Shown: positions 41,714 through 50,046 of the stretch, piece after piece
Layout of the letters: every line of letters begins with the position of its first letter
Position numbering within the stretch: position 1 is the stretch's first letter
NCBI GenBank assembly: GCA_963735535.1
Contig: CAVTLL010000005.1
Span: 52,901 to 116,900, forward strand
Reading direction: 5' to 3'
DNA: 64,000 nucleotides
DNA from: an uncultured Actinomycetota bacterium
Lineage (GTDB): Bacteria; Actinomycetota; Thermoleophilia; Gaiellales; Gaiellaceae
Position numbers and translations under genes: made by a program
The notes under the pieces: model-generated
Database searches by the model: none
What the model saw: only the letters and a program-made list of their open reading frames with translations
Told to the model about the DNA's origin: nothing

Positions 41714-41767
41714 CTTTCCGGAAAGCAAAAGCGCAACGACCCGATATCTTGCTAGAAAGCTTTCCGG
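41714..41767. promoter_or_regulatory. candidate operator sites of the second MarR gene
   Basis: Perfect 12-bp palindrome CTTTCCGGAAAG (41714..41725), plus GAAAGCTTTCCGG (41755..41767) carrying the same TTTCCGG half-site. Both lie in the 115-nt divergent spacer between the surface-protein gene and the MarR gene. Confidence 0.4.
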
Positions 41768-41789
41768 CACGAACGTCTATTCTTCGGCC

Positions 41790-42314
41790 GTGGACCACGT
41801 GGACGCGTCGCTCGAGAGCTGGCGAAAGGAGACTCCCGACCTCGATGCGTCCCCGCTGGCAGTCATGGAGCGGATTTCGCGTCTGTCGACGTTGCTGGAG
41901 CGCCAGCTCGAACCGGTGCTCGGACCGCACTCGCTCAGCATGGGCGAGTTCGACGTGCTCGCCGAACTCCGACAGCAGGGGCCTCCGTTTCGCCTGACCC
42001 CGACCCAGCTGACCGTCGCGCTGATGATGACGAGCGGCGGCATGACCAAGCGCCTCGCGTCGCTCGAGCGCGCCGAGCTCATCCACCGAGTCCTCGACCC
42101 GATCGACCGGCGCTCGAGGATGGTCGAGCTGACAGACGAGGGCCGGCAACTCGTCGAGCGGGTCCTGGCGTTGCGGCTCAAGCATGAGAAGCGGTTGCTC
42201 GCGGGGCTCCGGAAGAAGCAGCGCCGTGACCTCGCCAGTACGCTCAGGGATCTCTGCGTCGCGCTTGGGGACGAGCCCGCGGGGGGCCCGGGGCGAGCCG
42301 AGAAGCGTCGCTAG
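41790..42314 (+). CDS. MarR family transcriptional regulator
   Basis: 174-aa ORF (GTG start). Winged-helix core LTPTQLTVALMMTSGGMTKRLASLERAELIHRVLDPIDRRSRMVELT. Confidence 0.8.
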   Translation: MDHVDASLESWRKETPDLDASPLAVMERISRLSTLLERQLEPVLGPHSLSMGEFDVLAELRQQGPPFRLTPTQLTVALMMTSGGMTKRLASLERAELIHRVLDPIDRRSRMVELTDEGRQLVERVLALRLKHEKRLLAGLRKKQRRDLASTLRDLCVALGDEPAGGPGRAEKRR

Positions 42315-42627
42315 TCGCCCGCCGGCACCATCGAGGCATGGGGGCGCTAGGCGAGCGCAGAGACCGGTTGATCGTGTCGTGCGTGAAACCGGTAGCAAGG
42401 GTGCGACGCAACCCGCGAGATCCGGAGGGACGGGCTCGCCATCACACGGTGCTTTGGAGCTCGTGAAGGAGGGACTCCGCATCGGGCGTGTAGCCGTTCA
42501 TCCCGAGCTCGCGAGCGTGCGGGTCTTTGTGGCTACCGACGGCACGAAGCCCGTTTTCAGCTCCGACCGCTTGGTAGCCTCGTCCAGGTGATCGACGGGG
42601 GCGTGCCGGGATATGCGGACGTGAGAC

Positions 42628-43056
42628 GTGCGCACGCTGACTGAAGCGGAAGTGCGGGCATTCCTGCTCTCCGGAACACGCACTGCCAAGGTCGCCGTGG
42701 TACGTCGCAATGGCTCGCCGCTCGTGACGCCGGTGTGGTTCTTGCCGGATGACGACGGTTCGATCATGTTCGAGACGGCCCGCAGCTCGGTGAAGGGCCT
42801 CGCTCTGGCGCGTGATCCGAGAGTCTCGATCTGCGTCGAGGACGACGACCCGCCGTTCGGGTTCGTGCGTCTGGACGGGGTCGCCGAGCTCTCCGACGAC
42901 CTCGACGAGCTGCTCTCCTGGACGACGAGAATCGCGGCGCGCTACATGGGTGAGGAACACGCCGTGGAGTTCGGCCGACGCAACGCTGTCCCGAGCGAGA
43001 TGCTGGTTCGGGTGCGACCGAAGCATGTCGTCGCGCAGGTCGAGCTGGCGTCCTGA
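42628..43056 (+). CDS. pyridoxamine 5'-phosphate oxidase family (F420/FMN-binding split-barrel) protein
   Basis: 142-aa ORF. AKVAVVRRNGSPLVTPVWF...DPRVSICVEDD pattern typical of PPOX-class proteins. Confidence 0.65.
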   Translation: MRTLTEAEVRAFLLSGTRTAKVAVVRRNGSPLVTPVWFLPDDDGSIMFETARSSVKGLALARDPRVSICVEDDDPPFGFVRLDGVAELSDDLDELLSWTTRIAARYMGEEHAVEFGRRNAVPSEMLVRVRPKHVVAQVELAS

Positions 43057-43438
43057 CGCTGCTCAGACGATCGAGGCCGGGCGATTCCGTCGTCCGCGGC
43101 GTGTTTCGACGGAGCTTCGCTGTTCGCGACAGGGCTGAACGGACCCGCCGAGGGCCCGCGCCCATAGACCGACCGCGCTCACGTCGATGAAAACCCAACG
43201 GTCGTGCAGTGCGCTGCATGACAAGGTTCCGGCTCTCATCGGGTTTGGCGCATCCGCCGCTAATCTTCCAGTCGCGAATGACCACGAACGGGACCATCGC
43301 CTGGGTTGTCATCGTGATCGGCCTGATCCCGATCACCGGCAAGGTGCTGTTCGGTGCTTGGCGGCTCGTTCGCCGCGCCGTCTAAGTCTCCGCTCGGCGT
43401 TGGACGTAGACCCGGCTCAGGCCTAGGCTGGCGCTCAC

Positions 43439-45865
43439 ATGTCGCCTTCGCGGCGAGGTCTCCCGTCCGGAACTGTCACGTTTCTCTTCACCGACGTCGA
43501 AGGGTCGACGAAGCTGCTGCGCGATCTGGGGCCTGAGGGCTACGCAGAGGCACTCGCCGACCATCGCCGCGTTTTCCGGCGGGCGTTCAAGACACACCAC
43601 GGCGTCGAGGTCGACACGCAGGGAGATGCCTTCTTCGCGGTCTTCGTAGACGCCGCCGGCGCAGTCGCTGCGGCCACTGAGGCGCTGAACGGCCTGGCGA
43701 TTCCGGTTCGCATGGGGCTGCACACCGGCAGGCCGCTCCTCACCGAGGACGGTTACGTCGGGATTGACGTGAACCTCGGCGCGCGAATCGCAGCCTGCGG
43801 CGCCGGCGGCCAGGTCTTGCTGTCCGAGGCGGCCACCGGGCTGATCGACGCCCAGGTCAGCGACCTCGGCGAGCATCGGCTGAAGGACATCGTCGGGCCG
43901 GTCCGGATCTTCCAGCTCGGGGAAGAGTCCTTCCCGCCGCTGAAGACGATCTCGAACACCAACCTCCCACGCCCGGCGAGCTCGTTCATCGGCCGAGAAA
44001 CCGAAGTCGCAGCGGTGCAGGCCCTCCTCGAGGGTGGGGCCAGGCTCGTCACGGTCTCAGGGCCCGGCGGCTCCGGGAAGACGCGGCTCGCGATCGAGGC
44101 GGCAGCCGGGATCGTCCAAGACTTCCGCGCCGGCGTGTTCTGGGTCGGACTGCCGGCGCTTCGCGAAGCCGATCTCGTCAGCCAGGCGATCGAGCGGGTG
44201 CTCGGCGCCGGCGACGACCTCGCATCGCACATCGGCGAACGCGAGATGCTGCTCGTGCTCGACAACTTCGAGCAGGTGATCGAGGCGGCTCCCCAGCTGG
44301 GCCGGCTCCTTTCGGCCTGTCCGAGCCTCCGTCTGATCGTGACGAGCCGGGAAAGGCTGCGCATCGACGGCGAGATCGACTACCGGGTCCCACCGCTCGC
44401 GGGCTCGGAGGCATCGGAGCTCTTTTGCGCTCGTTCCGGTCAGGAGCGAGACGGGACGATCGACGAGCTCTGCCGCAGGCTCGACAGCCTGCCGCTCGCA
44501 GTCGAGCTTGCCGCCTCACGCGTGAGCGTGCTCGCACCCGCTCAGATTCTAGAGCGACTCTCCAACCGGCTCGATCTCTTCACCGGCGGCCGGGACGCCG
44601 ATCCCCGCCAGACGACGTTGCGGGCAACGATCGAGTGGAGCCACGACCTGCTCACACAACCCGAGCAGGCGCTCTTTGCCCGGCTGGCCGTCTTCGCCGG
44701 AGGTTGCACGCTCGGGGCGGCCGAGGAGATCGCGGCCGCCGCTCTCGACACGCTTCAGTCGCTCGTGGAGAAGAGCCTCGTTCGCCACAGCGACGATCGC
44801 TTCTGGATGCTCGAGACGATCCGCGACTTCGCGCTGGAACAGCTCGCTGCCGCCGGCGAGATGGACGTCGCCGGTCTGCGCCACGCTCAGCTCTACCTGG
44901 CAGTCGCAGAGTCGTCCGGCTTCGCGCACGACTCGCGCAGCGAGGAGCGCTACGATCTCGTCGCCTCCGAACTGGCGAATCTACGCGCCGCTCTCCAGTG
45001 GTCGCTCGACGCCGATCCGGGGCTCGGACTCCAGCTGGCGATGGCGCTCGAGTTCTACTGGCTGGCCGTAAGCCCGTTCGAGGGGCGGCGATGGTTCGAG
45101 GCGCTGTTGGCGCGGACGCCGGATCTGCGGTTGGAGGTCCGTGCCCCGGCGACCAAGTGTCTCGGTGGGATGATCTGGATCGTCGGCGAGTGGGACGAGG
45201 GGCGTGCCTACTACGACGAGGCCAGCTCGTTCTACCGGGAGCTCGGCGACGCGAGCGGGATCGCCATCATGCATCCGCGAGTTGCGGCCGACCTGCAGCG
45301 GCGAGGAGATCTCGACCAGGCTCGTATCCTCTGCAATCAAGCCCTCGACCGCCACCGCAGGGAGGGGTTCGAAAAGGGAGAGGCCGAGGCGCTGCTGATC
45401 CTCTCGTACATCGCGCGTCAGGAAGGGAACCTCGAGGGGGCGATCGAGCTCAGCGATCGGAGCGCACGGCTGGCGCAGAAGGTCGGCTTCCTCTGGTGGC
45501 AGATCGGTTGCCGCGAGCAGTCCGCCGAGTGTTCGCTGCTGCTGGGCCGGCCGGACGAAGCGCGATGGCGTGCGTTGGAGGCGCTGCGCATCTCTGACAC
45601 GATCGCGGGGCGGCAGTGGATCATCTCCGCGCTCTCGCTTCTTGCGTGGGCTGCGGTGGAGACGCAGGATGTGGAGCGAGCCGGCCGGCTCTGGGGCGCG
45701 ATCGAGGCCGAGGCCGAGCGCGGGCGCATCGGCCAGTGGGAGAGCGAGCGCGAGGACCGCGCGAAGCAGTTAGCCGCGGTCGCGGGCCCCGAGTTCGACC
45801 GGGCGGTTCGCAAAGGCAAGGGCCTTACGCTCGACGCAGCCGTGAAGTACGCCCTCGCATCGTAA
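43439..45865 (+). CDS. class III adenylate/guanylate cyclase - NB-ARC/AAA ATPase - TPR (STAND-type) protein
   Basis: 808-aa ORF. Cyclase metal Asp in FTDVEGST and DTQGDAFF, transition-state N..R in DVNLGARI. Walker A GPGGSGKTRLA, Walker B LLVLDNFEQV. C-terminal half is TPR-like helical repeats. No DNA-binding domain recognised. Confidence 0.85.
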   Translation: MSPSRRGLPSGTVTFLFTDVEGSTKLLRDLGPEGYAEALADHRRVFRRAFKTHHGVEVDTQGDAFFAVFVDAAGAVAAATEALNGLAIPVRMGLHTGRPLLTEDGYVGIDVNLGARIAACGAGGQVLLSEAATGLIDAQVSDLGEHRLKDIVGPVRIFQLGEESFPPLKTISNTNLPRPASSFIGRETEVAAVQALLEGGARLVTVSGPGGSGKTRLAIEAAAGIVQDFRAGVFWVGLPALREADLVSQAIERVLGAGDDLASHIGEREMLLVLDNFEQVIEAAPQLGRLLSACPSLRLIVTSRERLRIDGEIDYRVPPLAGSEASELFCARSGQERDGTIDELCRRLDSLPLAVELAASRVSVLAPAQILERLSNRLDLFTGGRDADPRQTTLRATIEWSHDLLTQPEQALFARLAVFAGGCTLGAAEEIAAAALDTLQSLVEKSLVRHSDDRFWMLETIRDFALEQLAAAGEMDVAGLRHAQLYLAVAESSGFAHDSRSEERYDLVASELANLRAALQWSLDADPGLGLQLAMALEFYWLAVSPFEGRRWFEALLARTPDLRLEVRAPATKCLGGMIWIVGEWDEGRAYYDEASSFYRELGDASGIAIMHPRVAADLQRRGDLDQARILCNQALDRHRREGFEKGEAEALLILSYIARQEGNLEGAIELSDRSARLAQKVGFLWWQIGCREQSAECSLLLGRPDEARWRALEALRISDTIAGRQWIISALSLLAWAAVETQDVERAGRLWGAIEAEAERGRIGQWESEREDRAKQLAAVAGPEFDRAVRKGKGLTLDAAVKYALAS

Positions 45866-46132
45866 ACCTGCCGCAGTTCACCGACCGCGCGAGCCACGCG
45901 ATCTAACTTCCGCCAGGCGCGGCCGTCAACCATGTGAACGGTGGTACGGCTACAGTTCAACTGATCAGGCGCACGCTAGAGCGGTGATGCCTGAACGCTT
46001 CAGCCCGGGAACAGAGCTGCGGCGGCCTCCCTCGAGAGCGTTGGCGGGCAAATGCCTGCCAGGCTCGTTCCAGCCGGTTCCTGTTACAGCTCGGGAAGAG
46101 CTGTGCCGGCATTCAACGAGAGAAGGGACCTC

Positions 46133-46258
46133 ATGAAGGGCTCGCAGAAACCCAAGAAGCTCCAGAAGAAGGCCGCGCAGAAGACGCTCAAGGAGCGCCG
46201 GGTGGAGAAGAAGGCCGTCGCCGCAGAGCAAGATCGCACCAACCGTTCGAGAGCATGA
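46133..46258 (+). CDS. 41-aa highly basic hypothetical protein (MKGSQKPKKLQKKAAQKTLKERRVEKKAVAAEQDRTNRSRA)
   Basis: Internal ATG of track ORF 46052..46258, preceded by GAAGGGA with a 4-nt spacer. Lys-rich, which is unusual in this GC-rich context, so unlikely to be a chance ORF. Confidence 0.4.
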   Translation: MKGSQKPKKLQKKAAQKTLKERRVEKKAVAAEQDRTNRSRA

Positions 46259-46307
46259 CCCGTTTGGCGCTCATTATCGAGCGCCGCACCGCCGATGCAG
46301 GGGCGAG

Positions 46308-47303
46308 ATGAGCGATTCTCCGACCCCGACGACCGAGATCTCAGCCGGAGCCGAAGGAGCTCCGAGCCGTCGGCGCCTGATTGCGGGCGTGGCGTTCGCG
46401 GCGTGCACGCTCGGCGTCAGCTTCCTGCTCGCGCGCCGGCTCACGAACACGAGCTGGCCGCTCGAGCGCGCACACATGGGGCTCGTGGCCGCAGCGGTCG
46501 TCCTCTACTTCTCGAGCTACGTCTTCAGGGCGCTCGGCTGGCAGAAGCTCTTCCCCGCCGCGGGCCGGCCCGGCCGTGCCCGCTGCCTCACGTCCTGTGG
46601 CGCCGCCGCGGCGAGCGGAGTGATCCTGCCGTTCCGGTTGGACTACGTCGTCAAGGTCGGAACGCTGAGGCGGATGCCCGGCGTCAAGCTCGGGCTCGAG
46701 GCGATCGTGCTCTCGATCATCTCGCTCGGGCTCGTCGACGCGGTCGCGTTCCTGCCGCTCTCGATCTCGGCCACCGCCACGACGACCTCGGGCTTCCGTT
46801 TGCCGATGATCCTCGTCGTGCTGTTCGGCGTCGGCGCCTGCGGCATCCTCGTTGCCGGCCGGCATCTGGCGAAGCTCCCGTTCGTCACCAGCCGGGCGCG
46901 CCTCTCGCGGCTGGCCGACCGGGTTGCCCACCACCCCGGCGGCACGAAGCGTGACGCGATCTTCGCCTGGTTCTTCCTGCTCGGCTGCTGGACGAGCCGC
47001 GCGGCGGGGAGCATGCTGCTCCTGGCCGCCCTCGGCGCCGGGTTCTCACCCGGGATGGCTCTTGTCGTGCTCTGCCTCGCCGCGGCCGCCTCTCTGATCC
47101 CGGTCACCTCGGGCGGCGTGATCGCCAACGTCGGCGCGACGGCCGCAGTGCTGCTCGCGCTCGGCGTTCATCGGCAGGAAGCGATCAACTTCGGCCTCGC
47201 CTCCGGCCTGCTGCTCTGCGCCACCGCCGCAGCAGCCGCGATCGTGGGCTTTGCCGCTTCGTTCGCCTTCTCGCGGTTCCCGCGCGGCCTCGCGCGCGCC
47301 TAA
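46308..47303 (+). CDS. polytopic membrane protein (UPF0104/lysyl-phosphatidylglycerol-synthase TM-region-like)
   Basis: 331-aa ORF with about 8 hydrophobic helices and a general resemblance to the flippase-like domain family. Call is tentative. Confidence 0.5.
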   Translation: MSDSPTPTTEISAGAEGAPSRRRLIAGVAFAACTLGVSFLLARRLTNTSWPLERAHMGLVAAAVVLYFSSYVFRALGWQKLFPAAGRPGRARCLTSCGAAAASGVILPFRLDYVVKVGTLRRMPGVKLGLEAIVLSIISLGLVDAVAFLPLSISATATTTSGFRLPMILVVLFGVGACGILVAGRHLAKLPFVTSRARLSRLADRVAHHPGGTKRDAIFAWFFLLGCWTSRAAGSMLLLAALGAGFSPGMALVVLCLAAAASLIPVTSGGVIANVGATAAVLLALGVHRQEAINFGLASGLLLCATAAAAAIVGFAASFAFSRFPRGLARA

Positions 47304-49213
47304 CCGGCGGCCGAGGGCGCCGGAAGGCCGCTGACCGCGCGCACCGGCTCCGCGGCGCCGACCCGCTGCCGCAGGTCGTAGAAGAGCAGCACGATCGCGA
47401 GCCCGACGTACGGCATCACGAACACATAGACGGCCGAGCTGATCAGGTCGATCAGCGCGAGTGAGCTCGACGTGAGGAACAGGACGGCGATCCCGAGGAT
47501 CGGGCCGGCGAGGAAGGCGGTGACGTTGACGAGCGCGGTGATCGCGAACACGCGTGGCCCATGGCCGCGCACGAGCTCCGAGCTTCGCCGCAACGCATCG
47601 GTTGCGCCGCGATGCTCGACGACGCAGGCCTGGGTGACGATCGATTTGCGGACGAGGTAGACGATCGCGATCGGGATCCCGACGATCGTGAGAGCGAGGA
47701 GCAGCACGACCGCGATCACCCAGATCCACGCGGCCGCAAGCGAGCCGGCGCGGGGAAGCGCCCGGCGGTAGGCGAGCACTGCGTCCGGGCGGCCCCCTTC
47801 GCCGATGTGGTCGAGCGCCGCGGCAACGGCGGCAGTGACGAGGACGGTCGCGACGATCGTCTCGATCTGCCCGAGGCCGAGCGCGATCAGTCCCGTCACC
47901 ACGTGATCGCTCGCCGTGACCCGCTCGAGCGTCCCGATGCCCGTGTACTTGAACAGGATCTGCTGGACGACGATGGCCAGCGCGCTCAGAGGGATGAAGA
48001 TTAGGCCGATCCCGATGAAGAGCGCCCAGTAACGACGGTAGATGCGCCAGCCCGAGCGGTAGATCTGGCCGGCCGTGCGCTCCCGGTCGATCGGCTCGGC
48101 GAGGGCGGGCGACCACCGCGTGCGGCGGGTGAGCCACACCCCGAGAAGGGTGATCGCGGCCAGGGCGCCGATCACGACCCACGGCCGCCGCAGGTAGAAG
48201 AGGTACACCTTCGACCCTCGCGCGACCGCGGTGCAGAAGAAGCTCGTCGCGCTCGTGCCGAGCGTCTTCTGCAGCGGGACCGCCGAGCTGCTCGACCGCC
48301 AGTCGTCATTCGACCAGGTCACCGGCGCTGACCACTGCGTTTTCATGTTCGGCCCGGTCGGGCCGTTGTTCGGCCCCTTCTCCTTCTGCCCCCACTGCCC
48401 GGTGTAGGCGAGCCAGGCGAATGGGCTCGACGCGGACGTGGGCGCGACGGCCGGCATTAGCACCGCCTCGGTCTGCACGAGATCCGACGGCGCACGGGTG
48501 TCGTCGCAGCCGAAGCCCTCTTCGGGCCCATGCCCGAGCCAGACCGTCTGCGAGAAGTAGTTCGCGTGCGAGCCGCGACCGGCGTAGACGATCGGGTGCG
48601 ACCCGCGCCGCTCGAGCTTCGAGTCATCCCACGCCGCCCGCTCGGCCCCGCTGTGCTGCGAGTAGCCGACCTCGGTCGGGACGGTCTTCAGCGCCTCCGC
48701 GGCGGTGGGAGCGTCGAACATCAGCTGGACCATCTCCCAGTCCGACTCGTGCTTGTTGTTGAAGTCGTTGAACGGGTAGTAGAACCAGTACTGGAGCGCG
48801 AGCTTCCCCGGCTTGCCCGGCTCGGTCACGATGTGCGCGTAGGAGGTCGTCGGCTTGCCGGCCCCGATCTGCTTCGCCCACTCCTCGTAGGAGCAGCCCG
48901 GATGGAGCGGGTCGCCGGGCAGATCGAGGTAGTCGCCCGGAGCCGCCGCGAACAGGTCGGCGGCAGTGGGCGCGGTCTTGACCACCTTGCCGCTCGAGTC
49001 GCGAAGCGACATCTCCGTCTGCCCGAGCACGACGTCGGCCGGGAGGGGGCGGAAGGGCTCGCCGCTCGTGTCGCAGGCCTTGTCCTGGTGCTTCAGCGCG
49101 ATCACGGGGGCGTACCTGGCCGCGAGCTCCTGCTCCGGGCTCGAGGTTGCGGCGGCCGCCGCGGGCATCGCGCCGAGGACGACGACCAACAGGGCGAGCC
49201 GCCGCAGCATCAT
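47300..49213 (-). CDS. secreted Vps62/DUF946-like domain fused to a C-terminal multi-TM domain
   Basis: ATG 49213 overlaps the upstream stop (ATGA). Signal MMLRRLALLVVVLGAMPAAAA. YWFYYPFNDFNNKHESDWEMVQL resembles the Vps62/DUF946 signature. The C-terminal 280 aa or so hold about 6 TM helices. Confidence 0.55.
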   Translation of the reverse strand: MMLRRLALLVVVLGAMPAAAAATSSPEQELAARYAPVIALKHQDKACDTSGEPFRPLPADVVLGQTEMSLRDSSGKVVKTAPTAADLFAAAPGDYLDLPGDPLHPGCSYEEWAKQIGAGKPTTSYAHIVTEPGKPGKLALQYWFYYPFNDFNNKHESDWEMVQLMFDAPTAAEALKTVPTEVGYSQHSGAERAAWDDSKLERRGSHPIVYAGRGSHANYFSQTVWLGHGPEEGFGCDDTRAPSDLVQTEAVLMPAVAPTSASSPFAWLAYTGQWGQKEKGPNNGPTGPNMKTQWSAPVTWSNDDWRSSSSAVPLQKTLGTSATSFFCTAVARGSKVYLFYLRRPWVVIGALAAITLLGVWLTRRTRWSPALAEPIDRERTAGQIYRSGWRIYRRYWALFIGIGLIFIPLSALAIVVQQILFKYTGIGTLERVTASDHVVTGLIALGLGQIETIVATVLVTAAVAAALDHIGEGGRPDAVLAYRRALPRAGSLAAAWIWVIAVVLLLALTIVGIPIAIVYLVRKSIVTQACVVEHRGATDALRRSSELVRGHGPRVFAITALVNVTAFLAGPILGIAVLFLTSSSLALIDLISSAVYVFVMPYVGLAIVLLFYDLRQRVGAAEPVRAVSGLPAPSAAG

Positions 49214-50046
49214 CGCCCGAGTGCCTCGACGAAACGGGGCTCGGCGGCAGTTCGCTCGAGACGGTCGAAGTGCTCGGAGGCGTAACCGGCGAAGTCGAAG
49301 TCGAGCTTCGAGATCGCCTGTTGGACGACGCCCCACATCGCCTCGCGGAAGTCGGACATGAAGCGCATCAAGACGTGAATCGCCGGGTCGGCGGTGCCGT
49401 AGGCGTCGAGAAGCTCCCGATCGCCGTTCGCGTCGAGGCCGTTCGAGACGGCGAAGTTCGCGAGATCGAACGCCGGGTCGCCCATGCCCGCGTACTCCCA
49501 GTCGACGATCCACAAGCGTTCCCCGCGGATGAAGTTGCCTGCGAGCAGGTCGTTGTGGCACGGCGCGGGGTCATAGCTCCCGCGGCGCGACTCGATCCGC
49601 TCCGCCACCGCCTTCGCGCCTTCGAACCCCGCAGGGAGCGCGATGCCGGCGGAGCCCGCCGTCTCGGCATAGCTCTCTACGACACGGAACGAGTCGAACC
49701 GCCCCGGGATCTCCGCCGCGGCGTGCAGCCGTCGAAGCAGGGCCGCCGCCTCGGACGTCGTCACCGCTCCGGTCTCGCCCTCCACGAAGCGGGTGACGAG
49801 GTAGCCCTCGGGCTCCACGAACGCGACAACGTCTGGCCCGATCCCGAGCGAAGCCGCCCTCAGCGAAGCCTCGAGCTCGACCTTGCGGTCGATCCCGAGC
49901 AGCGCCGTGTCGTTACCGCCGATCCGGAGCACGAAAGCCTCCCCGGCGGCGATCACCTTGAAGTTGTGGTTCGTGATCCCGCCGCCGAGCGGCCCCACCG
50001 AATCGACCCCGCCGGGCCAGATCCGCCCGAGAACCTCGTCGATCAT
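49210..50046 (-). CDS. choline/ethanolamine-kinase-type (APH family) phosphotransferase
   Basis: 278-aa ORF. GGGITNHNFKV, Brenner motif HNDLLAGNF, IVDWEYAGMGDPAFDLANF. Confidence 0.7.
   Translation of the reverse strand: MIDEVLGRIWPGGVDSVGPLGGGITNHNFKVIAAGEAFVLRIGGNDTALLGIDRKVELEASLRAASLGIGPDVVAFVEPEGYLVTRFVEGETGAVTTSEAAALLRRLHAAAEIPGRFDSFRVVESYAETAGSAGIALPAGFEGAKAVAERIESRRGSYDPAPCHNDLLAGNFIRGERLWIVDWEYAGMGDPAFDLANFAVSNGLDANGDRELLDAYGTADPAIHVLMRFMSDFREAMWGVVQQAISKLDFDFAGYASEHFDRLERTAAEPRFVEALGR

Noticed and set aside
42315-42627. Possible gene or gene remnant in the 313-nt gap after the second MarR gene (for example the minus-strand tail ...ELGMNGYTPDAESLLHELQSTV).
   Set aside because: No start/SD combination or recognisable domain. 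The track ORFs here are low-complexity. Not enough evidence for a call.
43439-45865. Pycsar/CBASS-like cyclic-nucleotide defence system built around the cyclase.
   Set aside because: No adjacent effector with a cyclic-nucleotide-binding, TIR, patatin or large TM domain. The only neighbours are micro-ORFs of doubtful reality. Left as speculation inside the STAND finding.
39322-47300. Classic tRNA-Lys-integrated genomic island or prophage.
   Set aside because: No integrase, excisionase or phage genes are present, and no copy of the tRNA 3' end was seen by eye. Composition looks the same as the core. Kept only as a weak accessory-region note.
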